From NCBI GenBank assembly GCA_965220565.1, contig CBDCQG010000001.1, positions 1,139,473 through 1,203,472 of the forward strand: DNA of 64,000 nt. The letters are read 5' to 3'. The position numbers were made by a program, and so were the translations under genes. Position 1 is the stretch's first letter. Each line of letters opens with the position of its first letter. Below, piece by piece: positions 1 through 10,317 of the stretch. A model generated the notes under the pieces. That model worked only from the letters and a program-made list of their open reading frames with translations. It had not been told where the DNA came from and ran no database searches. The DNA comes from Dehalococcoidia bacterium (GTDB lineage Bacteria; Chloroflexota; Dehalococcoidia; UBA6926).

Positions 1-1
1 G

Positions 2-1144
2 CGCGTCGATTTCAACGTTCCGTTCGAACCCGGAACCACGACGATCTCCGACGATTCACGCATCCGCGCCGCCCTTCCCACCATCAACTACCTCCGTGAA
101 CGCGGCGCGCGCCTCATCCTTGCCACCCACGTGGGCAGGCCAAAGGGCATAGATGACGGGCTGCGTGTCGCACCCCTCGCCGCCCGGCTATCCGAGCTCC
201 TTGCATCACCTGTCACCATCGCGCCGGACTCGATCGGCGAAGAGACTGGACACATGGCCGCGGCTCTCAATCCCGGCGACGTTCTCATGCTTGAAAACAC
301 ACGGTTCCACCCGGAAGAGGAAAAGAATGACCCTGACCACGCGGCTGCCCTAGCCCGCCTCGCGGACATCTTCGTGAACGATGCCTTTGGGGCCGCGCAC
401 CGCGCCCACGCATCAACGGAGGGCGTCGCGCATATCTTGCCCGCCGTCGCCGGATTCCTACTTGACAAGGAGATCCGAATGTTGGGCGGCATTCTGGAGT
501 CGCCGCGCCGTCCGCTGGCAACACTCATGGGTGGCGCAAAGGTCGGCGACAAGATGGCGGTCATGGAGCGCCTGATCGAGAACGCGGACATGCTCATCGT
601 TGGCGGGGGCATGGCAGCCGCGTTCCTGGAGGCGCGCGGACTGCGCACCGGCAAGAGCCTTCTTGAAGACGACGGGCCGCAGATGGCGGGGCGCATCGAA
701 AGCGCCGCAAAGGCTCGCGGCATCCAGATGTTGATCCCGACTGACGTTGTCGTGGCCGCCGAACTCTCCGCAGAAGCTGAAGCATCCATCGTGAGCATCG
801 ACGCCATTCCCGATGATGCGATGCTGCTGGACATCGGCCCCGAGACGCGTGATACCTACACCCGCGCTATGCGCCTCTGTCAGACCGTCCTGTGGAACGG
901 CCCGATGGGCGTGTTTGAGTACGAGCAATTCGCGGGCGGCACCCGCGCCGTCGGAGAGAGTTTGGCGCAGCACGCGCGCGGGGGCGCGACCATTGTTGTT
1001 GGCGGCGGCTCAACTGCCGAGGCCGTCGATTCGCTGGGCTATGCGGACACAATGACGCACGTGTCCACGGGCGGCGGAGCAGCCCTTGAATTCCTCGAAG
1101 GCCGCACCCTCCCCGGCATCGCCGCCCTTATGGATGCCGACTAA
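2..1144 (+). CDS. pgk: Phosphoglycerate kinase, 5' end cut by the window edge
   Basis: Translation from position 2 reads RVDFNVPFEPGTTTISDDSRIRAALPTINYLRERGARLILATHVGRPKG, a PGK N-domain signature. It is in frame with the listed ORF 131..1144, which carries PGK C-domain motifs. Confidence 0.9.
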   Translation, partial: RVDFNVPFEPGTTTISDDSRIRAALPTINYLRERGARLILATHVGRPKGIDDGLRVAPLAARLSELLASPVTIAPDSIGEETGHMAAALNPGDVLMLENTRFHPEEEKNDPDHAAALARLADIFVNDAFGAAHRAHASTEGVAHILPAVAGFLLDKEIRMLGGILESPRRPLATLMGGAKVGDKMAVMERLIENADMLIVGGGMAAAFLEARGLRTGKSLLEDDGPQMAGRIESAAKARGIQMLIPTDVVVAAELSAEAEASIVSIDAIPDDAMLLDIGPETRDTYTRAMRLCQTVLWNGPMGVFEYEQFAGGTRAVGESLAQHARGGATIVVGGGSTAEAVDSLGYADTMTHVSTGGGAALEFLEGRTLPGIAALMDAD

Positions 1145-1212
1145 ACCTCCGTCCACCCTTTGACAGGCTCAGGGTGAACGGAGGGCCGCCCCGCTATACT
1201 GTCCACACTGAT

Positions 1213-2430
1213 ATGGCCGACTTTAAACTGATCAAGAGCCTCGCCCGCAAGACGGACACGAAGATCGTCCTGCTTGTCATGGACGGTTTGGGCGGCATCC
1301 CGCACCCGAAAACCCTGCGCACCGAGCTTGAGTCCGCCCAGAAGGACAATCTCGATCGACTGGCACGCGCCTCACAGACCGGCATGTCCATTCCCGTTGC
1401 GCACGGAATCACACCGGGCAGCGGCCCCGGCCACCTCGCCCTCTTTGGCTACGACCCCATCACGTACCTCATCGGCCGCGGCATCCTTGAAGCCCTTGGA
1501 CTGGACATGGACGTCCGTGACGGCGACATTGCCGCACGGGGAAATTTCTGCACCCTAGGCGAGGACGGCACGATAACCGACCGCCGCGCCGGCCGCATCG
1601 CTACCGAGTTCAACCGTGAACTGACGGAGCGGCTGAATGGCATCTCTGTCGACAATGCACAGCCAATCATTATGTCCGGCCGCGAGCACCGCTTTGCCCT
1701 GCTCCTCCGCCCCGAGGACGGCGGACCGCAGCTCAGTGATGCCCTGACGGACAGCGACCCTCAGCGCGAGGGATTGTCCCCGCTGGAAGTCACTCCGACT
1801 GAGCCATGGGCGGATAGCACCGCCACCATCGTGAATTCCTTCCTCAAGGCTGCGATGCCCGTCATTGCTGATGCCCACCCCGCAAACGGCCTCGTCCTGC
1901 GCGGATTTTCAACGATACCGGACCTCCCGCAGATGTCGGATGTTTACGGCCTGAATCCCGCCGCAATCGCCGCCTATCCCATGTATCGGGGCCTCGCGCA
2001 GCTGGTGGGTATGCGCGTGGTGCCAACGGGTGAGACCATCGACGACCAGATCGAAACCGCCCGTGAAACCTGGAACGACCACGATTTCTTTTTCATCCAC
2101 TACAAGTACACGGACAGCACCGGCGAGGACGGCGACTACGACGCCAAGGTGGCCGCCATTGAACGGCTTGATCGCGCCCTGCCCGCGCTGCTTGATCTGG
2201 ACCCGGACGTACTGGTTGTGGCGGGCGACCATTCCACACCGACCGCAATGGCCGCCCACAGCTGGCACCCGGTTCCCCTGATGATCCGGTCGCGGCAGAT
2301 CGCCGCCGGCTTTGCGGAGGCATTTACGGAGCGCGAATGCGCGAAAGGAATGCTGGGAACCATGCCGGCGACGGACATCATGCCGTTGGCGCTCGCCAAT
2401 GCCGGGAAGCTGGACAAATTCGGCGCATAG
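1213..2430 (+). CDS. apgM: Cofactor-independent phosphoglycerate mutase, archaeal-type (ApgM family)
   Basis: The N-terminus KIVLLVMDGLGG and overall ~400 aa length are typical of ApgM/iPGM-A. The start is chosen at the internal ATG (MADFKLIK), which sits downstream of a GGAGGG. Confidence 0.8.
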   Translation: MADFKLIKSLARKTDTKIVLLVMDGLGGIPHPKTLRTELESAQKDNLDRLARASQTGMSIPVAHGITPGSGPGHLALFGYDPITYLIGRGILEALGLDMDVRDGDIAARGNFCTLGEDGTITDRRAGRIATEFNRELTERLNGISVDNAQPIIMSGREHRFALLLRPEDGGPQLSDALTDSDPQREGLSPLEVTPTEPWADSTATIVNSFLKAAMPVIADAHPANGLVLRGFSTIPDLPQMSDVYGLNPAAIAAYPMYRGLAQLVGMRVVPTGETIDDQIETARETWNDHDFFFIHYKYTDSTGEDGDYDAKVAAIERLDRALPALLDLDPDVLVVAGDHSTPTAMAAHSWHPVPLMIRSRQIAAGFAEAFTERECAKGMLGTMPATDIMPLALANAGKLDKFGA

Positions 2431-2457
2431 CGCCATCCCAACGGAGAGGTACGGCCC

Positions 2458-3228
2458 ATGCCATCGATGCGAACGCCGCTGATTGCCGGCAACTGGAAGA
2501 TGAACACCACGCTTGCGGAAGCGCGGATCCTTGCCTACAACGTCGTCCATATGGTCGGCGTTCCCACGGGTGTGGACGTGGCGGTGTGCCCGCCCTTCGT
2601 CTCGCTGCCCATCGTTGCCGAGGCGCTGCGCGGATCACCCGTTGCGCTTGGCGCCCAGAACCTGTATCCGGCGGAGTCAGGCGCGTACACGGGAGAGGTT
2701 GCGCCGAACATGCTGCAAGGCCTGTGCCGGTACGTGATTGTCGGCCACTCGGAACGCCGCGCTTATTTCGCGGAGGCCGACGAGTTCGTCAATGCAAAGG
2801 TCCGCACTGCCCTGGAATACGACCTCACCCCGATCATGTGCGTCGGCGAAACGCTGCAACAGCGAGAGGCAGGCGAAACGGCAGAGGTCCTGAGAACCCA
2901 AACGTCCGGCGGGCTGGCGGACGTCGACGACGTGTCAGCAGTCGTTGTTGCCTACGAACCCGTGTGGGCTATCGGCACGGGCGTGGCGGCAACGCCGGAC
3001 GACGCGCGTGAGGGAATCGCCGTGATCCGCAACACAATTGCCGAGTCCCGTGGAGAAGAGGTTTCTAACTCCGTCCGCATCCTTTACGGCGGTTCCATGA
3101 ATCCCGAGAACGTTGCGTCGCTGCTTGCGCAGGCGGGCATTGACGGAGGGCTGATCGGCGGCGCGTCACTCAACGCGGAACAGTTCATTGCCCTGGTCCG
3201 GGCGGCGGAAGAACGCGAGCGCAACTAG
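2458..3228 (+). CDS. tpiA: Triosephosphate isomerase
   Basis: The motifs IAGNWKMN, VGHSERR and AYEPVWAIGTG are present. Confidence 0.9.
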   Translation: MPSMRTPLIAGNWKMNTTLAEARILAYNVVHMVGVPTGVDVAVCPPFVSLPIVAEALRGSPVALGAQNLYPAESGAYTGEVAPNMLQGLCRYVIVGHSERRAYFAEADEFVNAKVRTALEYDLTPIMCVGETLQQREAGETAEVLRTQTSGGLADVDDVSAVVVAYEPVWAIGTGVAATPDDAREGIAVIRNTIAESRGEEVSNSVRILYGGSMNPENVASLLAQAGIDGGLIGGASLNAEQFIALVRAAEERERN

Positions 3229-3309
3229 CGCTCGCCGCTTCCGACATGCGCCGCAGCCACACACCCCGTTGTCTATACTGAACGAACAATCCAGGAGGAA
3301 AGCAGCAGC

Positions 3310-4305
3310 ATGTCCACAGGTTCTACCCTTCGCATCGGTCTGGTTGGAGTCGGCCGATTCTCTACCCGCCGCGTCGTGCCGGAGTTCGCCAGGGTTCCGG
3401 GTATCGAGTTCGTCGCCGTTGCGAATAACAGCGCCGAATCGACCGCCCGCGTCGCCGAGCAATTCAACGTCGCCACACAGGCTTCCTCCTGGCAGGATGT
3501 CGTTTCCTCTCCGGACGTCGACCTCATTTTCAACGGGACCCAAGCCCCACAGCATCGCGACATCCTGCTTGGCGCGTTGGAGAACGACAAACATCTGCTC
3601 ACCATGAACCCCCTGGCCATGACCGGCGTGGAGGGGCGTGAGATCGTGGCGGCGCTTGAGGCCCGTCCGCAGCTAAAGGCGCGGCAATATCCGGCATTCC
3701 CCGGCGGCCCATACGACCGTGAAGACGCGCTTGTCCTGCGACTGTTGGCCGCGGGGCGCATCGGGCGTGTTCTGAGCGCGGAGATGCGGTGGCACACGCC
3801 TTTCCTCGCCTTTGGCAGCTACTTTGACATCCTGAACCGATGGCTTGGAGGACATCAGCGCCTGCTGGTCGTTCGCAAGCAACACGAGGTGGACAACCGG
3901 CGCGTTGGCTTCTCGGCCATCATCGCCGACCTCGGCGATGACATCGCTGTCCGATACGTGCATGACAATCTCGCCCCGAAGGCCGCGCACAATGCCCACA
4001 TTGCCCTGCACGGCGAGGAGGGCACAATCATCGTTGAGGGGTATCCTGCCGATCCGTTCTCGTCTGTGCGCATCGCTTCGGGTGATGGCGAGGCTGAGGT
4101 GGTGCCGGTGCCGGACGATCTACGGCAGGCATATGAGGAGGAGCGACGCGTCAATATCGAGGAGCAGTTCCTCGGATGGGTCATGGGCGGCGCGGAACCG
4201 ACGCCACTCCTTTTGACCCTGCAGCAGGGCCTGCAATCCATTGACGCTGCGGAAGCGTTCGTCTCCTCGATGCGGCAGGGCGGCGTGTGGGTGGAACTGC
4301 CGTAG
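3310..4305 (+). CDS. Gfo/Idh/MocA family NAD(P)-dependent oxidoreductase
   Basis: The N-terminal Rossmann stretch LRIGLVGVGRFSTRRVVPEF and ~330 aa length fit the family. Confidence 0.7.
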   Translation: MSTGSTLRIGLVGVGRFSTRRVVPEFARVPGIEFVAVANNSAESTARVAEQFNVATQASSWQDVVSSPDVDLIFNGTQAPQHRDILLGALENDKHLLTMNPLAMTGVEGREIVAALEARPQLKARQYPAFPGGPYDREDALVLRLLAAGRIGRVLSAEMRWHTPFLAFGSYFDILNRWLGGHQRLLVVRKQHEVDNRRVGFSAIIADLGDDIAVRYVHDNLAPKAAHNAHIALHGEEGTIIVEGYPADPFSSVRIASGDGEAEVVPVPDDLRQAYEEERRVNIEEQFLGWVMGGAEPTPLLLTLQQGLQSIDAAEAFVSSMRQGGVWVELP

Positions 4306-4358
4306 AACAGGTTCCTCCCGCGTACGCGCGCCGCATGGAATAAGGCCAGATTTCACCC

Positions 4359-5276
4359 ATGTGCACTCCGGTTCTTGCGCTTGTTGGGGCGACGGCAGTT
4401 GGAAAATCGGCTGCAGCAGTAGCGCTCGCTCGACGCATTGACGGCGAGATCATCAACGCGGACAGCAGGCAGGTCTACCGCGGCATGGCGATCGGTACGG
4501 GCATGCCTTCTGAGGAACAACGCGGCGGCGTTCCGCACCATCTCTATGGTATATCTGAGCCCGATGACGATTTCTCGCTGGGACGGTTCCTCAGTGCCGC
4601 CACGTGCGCCATAAAGGACATCCATGAGCGGGGAAAGACGCCAATCGTTGTGGGCGGCACGGGTCAATACGTGTGGGCTTTGGTTGAAGGATGGAACGTC
4701 CCGGAGGTTGCGCCGGACCCGGATCTACGGCAGGAGTTGATGGAGCGCGCCGAGGCCGACGGGCGCGAGGCGCTGCACGAGGAACTCCGCCGTCTGGATC
4801 ACGCCGCCGCGGAACTCATCCACCCCAACAACCTGATCCGCACCGTGCGCGCGCTGGAAGTTATCAAGACGACAGGCCGTCCCTTCTCGGAACAGCGCAC
4901 GCAAACTGCTCCGCCCTGGGACATACGCATCGTTGGCATCAGCATGGAGCGTGCGGCACTGGACGGGCGCATCGAGCAGCGAATTGATCGTCAATTGGAG
5001 ACCGGCTGGGTAGACGAAGTTCGGGCTCTATTGGCAGCCGGTTACTCACCGTCGCTGTCGTCATTCCGCAGCATCGGCTACAGGGAAATAGCGGCGCATA
5101 TTGAGGGTCGCATGCCCTTTGATGACATGCGGCAGGCTATCGTCAGTAAAACACGCCGATTCGCCCGCACGCAGTTCGCGTGGTTCCGCACGGATGATGA
5201 GCGCATTACGTGGGTGGATGCGAGCGAGGACTCGGAGCGGCTGGCGGAACAGATACAAACCAAGCTGGGACTGTGA
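4359..5276 (+). CDS. miaA: tRNA dimethylallyltransferase
   Basis: A P-loop GATAVGKS and the characteristic INADSRQVYRGMAIGT stretch are present. Confidence 0.85.
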   Translation: MCTPVLALVGATAVGKSAAAVALARRIDGEIINADSRQVYRGMAIGTGMPSEEQRGGVPHHLYGISEPDDDFSLGRFLSAATCAIKDIHERGKTPIVVGGTGQYVWALVEGWNVPEVAPDPDLRQELMERAEADGREALHEELRRLDHAAAELIHPNNLIRTVRALEVIKTTGRPFSEQRTQTAPPWDIRIVGISMERAALDGRIEQRIDRQLETGWVDEVRALLAAGYSPSLSSFRSIGYREIAAHIEGRMPFDDMRQAIVSKTRRFARTQFAWFRTDDERITWVDASEDSERLAEQIQTKLGL

Positions 5277-5301
5277 CGGCGGACGAAGGTATACTTGGCA
5301 C

Positions 5302-6177
5302 ATGAACTTCACGAAGATGCACGGTACGGGCAACGACTTCATCGTTGTCGAAGGCGGTCCCGCCGAGGCCGATTCAACGAATTGGCCGGATGTGGCGCGC
5401 GAGGCGTGCAGCCGCCGGTTCGGCGTCGGCGCGGATGGCATCCTCATCATTCGCCCCGCAGATGACGCCGCCCTGCGCATGCAGATCTTCAACCCGGACG
5501 GCTCCGAGGCGGAGATGTGCGGCAACGGCATCCGCTGTGTCACCAAGTACGCCGTCGAGCGCGGCATCGTCGACAGTTCAGCGCTCCGTAACGAGGCCGG
5601 ATTGCCAATCGAGACCCTCGGCGGTCTGATGACGGTGTGGCCGCAGAACGGAACCGTGGGCGGAGCCATCGAGGCCGTTCGCGTCGGCATGGGCGCGCCG
5701 ATCCTTGAGCCCCAGGACATACCCGTCGCCGTGGATGGCCCGGGACCTGTGCAGGGTCACCCGCTGGAGGTAGGCGGCTATGCCCTTACCCTTTCCTTTG
5801 TTTCCATGGGCAATCCGCACGCCATCGCATTCATCGACACGCCGGTCGCGGATTTCCCGCTTGAGACCATTGGGCCGATGGTGGAGAATCACTCCCTGTT
5901 CCCCGAGCGTGTCAACTTTGAAATCGTCAATGTGCAGTCACGTGAGGCGATAACCATGCGCGTGTGGGAGCGCGGCGCGGGCCTCACGATGGCCTGCGGA
6001 ACGGGCGCATGCGCCGCCGTTGTCGCGGCGCGCATCGCGGGCTTCGTGGATGATTGCGTGTCAGTGGAGTTGCCCGGCGGAGCGCTCACGATCGAGTGGG
6101 ACGGCAACCCGAACAGCCAGGTCTACATGACCGGCCCCGCCACAACGGTGTACGCCGGTCAATTGCTCACGAACTAG
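5302..6177 (+). CDS. dapF: Diaminopimelate epimerase
   Basis: MNFTKMHGTGNDFIVVE and two catalytic Cys regions (MCGNGIRC, CGTGACA) identify it. The start was moved to the internal ATG at 5302; the upstream extension in the listed ORF overlaps miaA. Confidence 0.85.
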   Translation: MNFTKMHGTGNDFIVVEGGPAEADSTNWPDVAREACSRRFGVGADGILIIRPADDAALRMQIFNPDGSEAEMCGNGIRCVTKYAVERGIVDSSALRNEAGLPIETLGGLMTVWPQNGTVGGAIEAVRVGMGAPILEPQDIPVAVDGPGPVQGHPLEVGGYALTLSFVSMGNPHAIAFIDTPVADFPLETIGPMVENHSLFPERVNFEIVNVQSREAITMRVWERGAGLTMACGTGACAAVVAARIAGFVDDCVSVELPGGALTIEWDGNPNSQVYMTGPATTVYAGQLLTN

Positions 6178-7450
6178 ACCGCTCTCCGCTCCCTGTTTCT
6201 GCGGCAGTCTCCGGTTCAACATACCTTTGCGCTAGGCGAGCGGGCAGCGCCGGCCGCTTCATTGTCATATACATGTACAGGGAGATTGTGGCCATCATTC
6301 CGAGCGCGAAGAACGCCCAGCGGTAGCCGTCCGCGCCGAACTCGTCATACATGAATCCGGCAAAGACTGGCGCAAAGATTCCTCCGAGGGCCGTAAAGGT
6401 GAATTGGAGGCCAAGCAGCTGGCCGTAAACCTGCCGGCCAAAGAGTTCGCCAAGGAGAGCGGATCGCGGCGGGTTGCCGAGGCCGAAACCGAATCCGAAG
6501 AACACAGCAAAGAGCACGGCTGTAATCGGGTCTCGCGCAAAGAAGAGCAACACCGCGCCGATTATCTGCATCGTGAACGATATCGAGACAATCTTGCGCT
6601 TGTCATACATATCGGCAAGGATGCCGCCCAGGATGCGGGCCGGGAAACTGGAAAGCGGGAGGAGCGTCACCAGGAACGTCACCCACCATGTGGAAAAACC
6701 AAACGACTCCCACAACACAAACTGGTGAATGATGAACGAGCCGAAGAAAATGAACCCGAAGATGTTCGCCACAACGTACTTCCAGTACGTCGTGGTTCGG
6801 ATGGCCTCCTTCACTGTGAACGTTGTATCGGCATAGCGCGCGTCCTGATCCGTTTCTGCATATCGAGCCGCCTCTTCGTCGCTCACTCCATCCGGCCTCA
6901 GTCCGTATTTCTCGGGAGCATCGCGCATCATGAGGCCGAGCGGCAGCCCGACAATGAACGTTGCGATGCCCAGGTACAGCAGAGCCTCCCTCCACGCAAA
7001 GAGGGCGATCAGGCCCACGATGAGCGGCACAATCAGGGCACTCACCCCCGCTCCGTAGGACACGATGGCCATGGCCGTGCCACGCCGTCGGATGAACCAG
7101 GCGTTGACAGCGGTGTTGACGGTGAGGAAGGAGCCGAATGCGAGGCCAAGGGCCATCACCGCGAAGGCGGCGAAGAATTGCCAGAGCTCCTGAACCATGC
7201 TCAAGCCGATGAATCCACACCCAAGGATGAACATCCCGCCAAGGACGGATTTTCTGGGTCCGAATCGATCGACGACGTAACCAACCAGTGGCCCGAAGAT
7301 GCCCTGCTCCATCCTCTGAAAGGCGAATGCAAAGGAGGCCACGCCCGCCGGCCACCCGAACTCATCCAGGATCTCCGCAAAGAACGGCGAGAATCCGTAG
7401 AAGAACACACCGGCCGTGTAAAAGAGGACGCCGAAACTCGCAATCGCCAA
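6167..7450 (-). CDS. MFS transporter, oxalate/formate-antiporter-like, paralog 1 of 3
   Basis: It is a 12-TM-like hydrophobic protein with a GPLVGYVVDRFGPRK loop (MFS motif A). The start is non-ATG (TTG). Confidence 0.75.
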   Translation of the reverse strand: MAIASFGVLFYTAGVFFYGFSPFFAEILDEFGWPAGVASFAFAFQRMEQGIFGPLVGYVVDRFGPRKSVLGGMFILGCGFIGLSMVQELWQFFAAFAVMALGLAFGSFLTVNTAVNAWFIRRRGTAMAIVSYGAGVSALIVPLIVGLIALFAWREALLYLGIATFIVGLPLGLMMRDAPEKYGLRPDGVSDEEAARYAETDQDARYADTTFTVKEAIRTTTYWKYVVANIFGFIFFGSFIIHQFVLWESFGFSTWWVTFLVTLLPLSSFPARILGGILADMYDKRKIVSISFTMQIIGAVLLFFARDPITAVLFAVFFGFGFGLGNPPRSALLGELFGRQVYGQLLGLQFTFTALGGIFAPVFAGFMYDEFGADGYRWAFFALGMMATISLYMYMTMKRPALPARLAQRYVEPETAAETGSGERSSS

Positions 7451-7608
7451 CCACCAGCCGTAGAAAACGCGGTTGGGGTGAACAAGAACCGATAATGCAG
7501 CGTTGACGGCGACCTCCCAATAAAAGCCAAAGCCCGCGAACGGGCGGATTGAATAAGTATAGCCCCGCTACACTACCCGGCGGCGCATTCCCCCCGGAGG
7601 CAGTCTGA

Positions 7609-8907
7609 TTATTCGGATGCCGGTGACGGCGCTGAAGGTTGTCTCGGTCGCGTGACCGTGAGCGTCAGCGGTATGGAGATGCTCAGGATCGCCGCGATTA
7701 TCACGAACCCGATAACGTAGCTTTCCGTTTGGTCGTAGAGCCAGCCGATGGCAACCGGCGACAGGATCGCGGGCAGTGAGGCCAGCCCCTGCTGTATGCC
7801 GGCCACTCGTCCGAATATCGCCAGTCCCCAATACTCCGCCTGGAGCGCCAGCCTCACCGATGATTGTGAGCCGATGGCGCTGCCCAGCAGGAACCCGGCA
7901 AGAATCGTCAACCAGGGCACGGTCGACATGGGTATCAGCACGATTGCGATGCCCTGCACCGTGATCCCCACGGCAAGCACCACGCGCTTGTCCACGTAGT
8001 CGGCCACCGTTCCGGCGATGACGCGAATGGGAATGCTTGAGCCGGTCTGCCACGCAAACATAAAGGCGATGAATTCCCTGGAGAACCCGTTCTTCTGCAG
8101 GATGAGCGCCTCGAACGTGATGATCGACCATGACGCGCCCAACAGCGCGCTCGCGATGACATATTGCCAATAGCCCCTGCTGCGCAGGACCTCTCTCAGG
8201 GTGAAATTGGCCTCCGGCAAAACGTTGAGCCGGGACGATTCTGCAATCTCACTGTCCGGCGCCTCGCCGCCGTCCGGCTCCATACCGTAGTCCTGCGGCC
8301 TGTTGCGGATGAGGGGAATCAGGATCATCCCCACAACCCAGAAGCCGACCCCCGCGCCGAAAAGCACTGACCGCCAGCCGAACTCCGGGATGATCCAAGC
8401 CCAGACTCCCGCCAGCAGGCCGGACATTCCCGGCCCGACGAGCATGATGCCGTTGGCGCGTCCCCGGAATCGCCGGAACCACGCATTGATTGCCGCTGCA
8501 GTGACGGTGAACGCGCCCGCGCTGAGGCCGAACGCAAAGACGATGAAGACGCCGTAGTATTGCCAGATATTCTCGACCTGGCTCATCAACATGCAGCCGC
8601 CGCCCGAAACGAAGTACCCAACGATGAGCACCTTGCGCGCGCCATATCGATCAACGAGGTAGCCGGTCAAGGGCGCGGTGATGCCGGACTCCAGCCGCTG
8701 CAGTGACGGGCCAATTCCTGCCAGTGCCTGCGACCACCCAAAGTGTCGGACCATCGCGGCGAAGAAGTTTGAGAAGCCCCAAAAGCCGATGCCGTCCGTG
8801 TAGGCGGCAAGCCCAGTTCCCGCCAGCGTCACCCACCAGCCGTAGAAGACCTGCCGGGGATGCCGCACGAACATCCACGCCGTCATGACGACCTTTTCGG
8901 TTCTCAC
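7609..8907 (-). CDS. MFS transporter, paralog 2 of 3
   Basis: It carries TGYLVDRYGARK and is clearly paralogous to the flanking MFS genes. Confidence 0.75.
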   Translation of the reverse strand: MRTEKVVMTAWMFVRHPRQVFYGWWVTLAGTGLAAYTDGIGFWGFSNFFAAMVRHFGWSQALAGIGPSLQRLESGITAPLTGYLVDRYGARKVLIVGYFVSGGGCMLMSQVENIWQYYGVFIVFAFGLSAGAFTVTAAAINAWFRRFRGRANGIMLVGPGMSGLLAGVWAWIIPEFGWRSVLFGAGVGFWVVGMILIPLIRNRPQDYGMEPDGGEAPDSEIAESSRLNVLPEANFTLREVLRSRGYWQYVIASALLGASWSIITFEALILQKNGFSREFIAFMFAWQTGSSIPIRVIAGTVADYVDKRVVLAVGITVQGIAIVLIPMSTVPWLTILAGFLLGSAIGSQSSVRLALQAEYWGLAIFGRVAGIQQGLASLPAILSPVAIGWLYDQTESYVIGFVIIAAILSISIPLTLTVTRPRQPSAPSPASE

Positions 8908-10193
8908 GCGGCGAGTCTCACAGTATCAGCAGCACCCCTCTGTGGGCGGGTCATCAGAAGAACCATAATCACCGCTAGAGCAAGAGGAATCACGACGGTC
9001 ATAAAGGCTATGCGGTAATCGTATATGTCTGCGAGCCAACCCACCAGCACAGGCGAGATGAGGCCGCCTACCGCCCCTGCCCCAACCTGCAGGCCCATCA
9101 GCGAGCCGAAGATGCCGCGCCCCCAGTAGTCGCCCTGCAATGACAGCCGCGCGGCGTTGCTGCCTCCCCAGCCAGTGCCATAGATGACCTCAAAGATGAT
9201 CGCCACCCAGATGTTGGCGATGAAGATGAAGAGGATTCCTCCGGCCAACTGGAAGCTCAGCATCGTCGCAACGACCAATTTCTTGTTGAACCTGTCGGCG
9301 AGCGCGCCGGAGAAGAAACGCATCGGGATGCTGGCGACGGTGAACACAACGACCATCGCGCCCGCCGTCTCCATGGAGAAGCCGTAGCTGACCAGCGCGG
9401 GAATGTGGTGGACGACCATCGCGGTGATGGCCACCTGCTGCATGGAGAGAGCGCCGACATAGAGCAGATATGAACGACTCAAAAGGATGGAACGCACCGC
9501 GCCGGGCGACGGCTCAGCGTCGGCCAGATCTCCGGCTTGCCCCGAGTTCGCGTCGTCCGGCTCCGGCGGATCGCCGTCCATGCGGAGGCCGTAATGCTCC
9601 GGTCGCCTCCTCAGAACCATCGCGAGCGGGATGCATGTTACCCAGGTGCCGATGCCGGTGAACAGGGCAGCATCACGCCAACCGTATTCCCGTATCAGGA
9701 CAACCAGAAGCGCCGTCATGATGCCCCCGAAACCCGGGCCGATGAACGTCAGGCCAAGCGCCTTGCCGCGGTTGCGCAGGAACCAGTTGCTGACGGCGGT
9801 CGCCACCATCACGTAGGATGTCGCGCCCATGCCGCTGCCGATGAGGATGAACGCGACGTAGTACTGCCATGCGTGCTCGACGTGGCTCAGCACGATAAAT
9901 CCCGCCCCGCCGCTGAACATCGCCACCGCCGTCACGAAGCGAGGGCCGAATCGGTCCGTGAGCGCTCCGATGGTCGGACTCAGGATCGCCGTGAACACAG
10001 CCATCATTGCGGGTCCGCGCGAGACCTGCTCCCGCGTCCAGTTCAGATCGAGTCGGATGCTGTCAAAGAACGCGCTGAACCCGAAGAAACTGACGCCAGT
10101 CGTGTAGAACATCAGGTACAGGCCGGACAGCGCCATCCACCAGCCATAGAAAAGGCGCGGACGGCGGCGAGTCACTTGTACATCGGCAGACAT
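8904..10193 (-). CDS. MFS transporter, paralog 3 of 3
   Basis: It carries GALTDRFGPRF and its stop overlaps the start of paralog 2 by 4 nt (ATGA). The start is taken at the internal Met (MSADVQ...). Confidence 0.7.
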   Translation of the reverse strand: MSADVQVTRRRPRLFYGWWMALSGLYLMFYTTGVSFFGFSAFFDSIRLDLNWTREQVSRGPAMMAVFTAILSPTIGALTDRFGPRFVTAVAMFSGGAGFIVLSHVEHAWQYYVAFILIGSGMGATSYVMVATAVSNWFLRNRGKALGLTFIGPGFGGIMTALLVVLIREYGWRDAALFTGIGTWVTCIPLAMVLRRRPEHYGLRMDGDPPEPDDANSGQAGDLADAEPSPGAVRSILLSRSYLLYVGALSMQQVAITAMVVHHIPALVSYGFSMETAGAMVVVFTVASIPMRFFSGALADRFNKKLVVATMLSFQLAGGILFIFIANIWVAIIFEVIYGTGWGGSNAARLSLQGDYWGRGIFGSLMGLQVGAGAVGGLISPVLVGWLADIYDYRIAFMTVVIPLALAVIMVLLMTRPQRGAADTVRLAA

Positions 10194-10317
10194 GCCCCAT
10201 GCTAGGCGCGTGGGTGATGCAAACACAAACGTAAGTCCAGGCGGCAGGCGGGTTGCTACAATAGGTTTCAGCGCGCAGGACACACGTCATTTCAAATAGC
10301 AGAGGAGACCCAGCCGA

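Noticed and set aside
88-834. 248-aa minus-strand ORF antisense to pgk. Similar long antisense ORFs occur at 6404-7495, 9537-10205, 10552-11205, 17651-18520, 24135-25523, 31872-32792, 33268-33981, 42169-43194, 46058-47317, 51038-51949 and 62871-63671.
   Set aside because: These are high-GC shadow ORFs opposite genes with clear family signatures. Their translations are low-complexity and Arg/Ala/Pro-rich with no recognisable motifs.
1160-1201. TTGACA ... TATACT as a sigma-70 promoter for apgM
   Set aside because: The spacing between the two hexamers is 29 nt, far from the 17±1 nt required.
5101-5301. N-terminal extension of the dapF ORF (start at 5101)
   Set aside because: The extension overlaps the miaA coding region and lacks homology. 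The conserved DapF N-terminus begins at MNFTKMHGTGNDF (5302).
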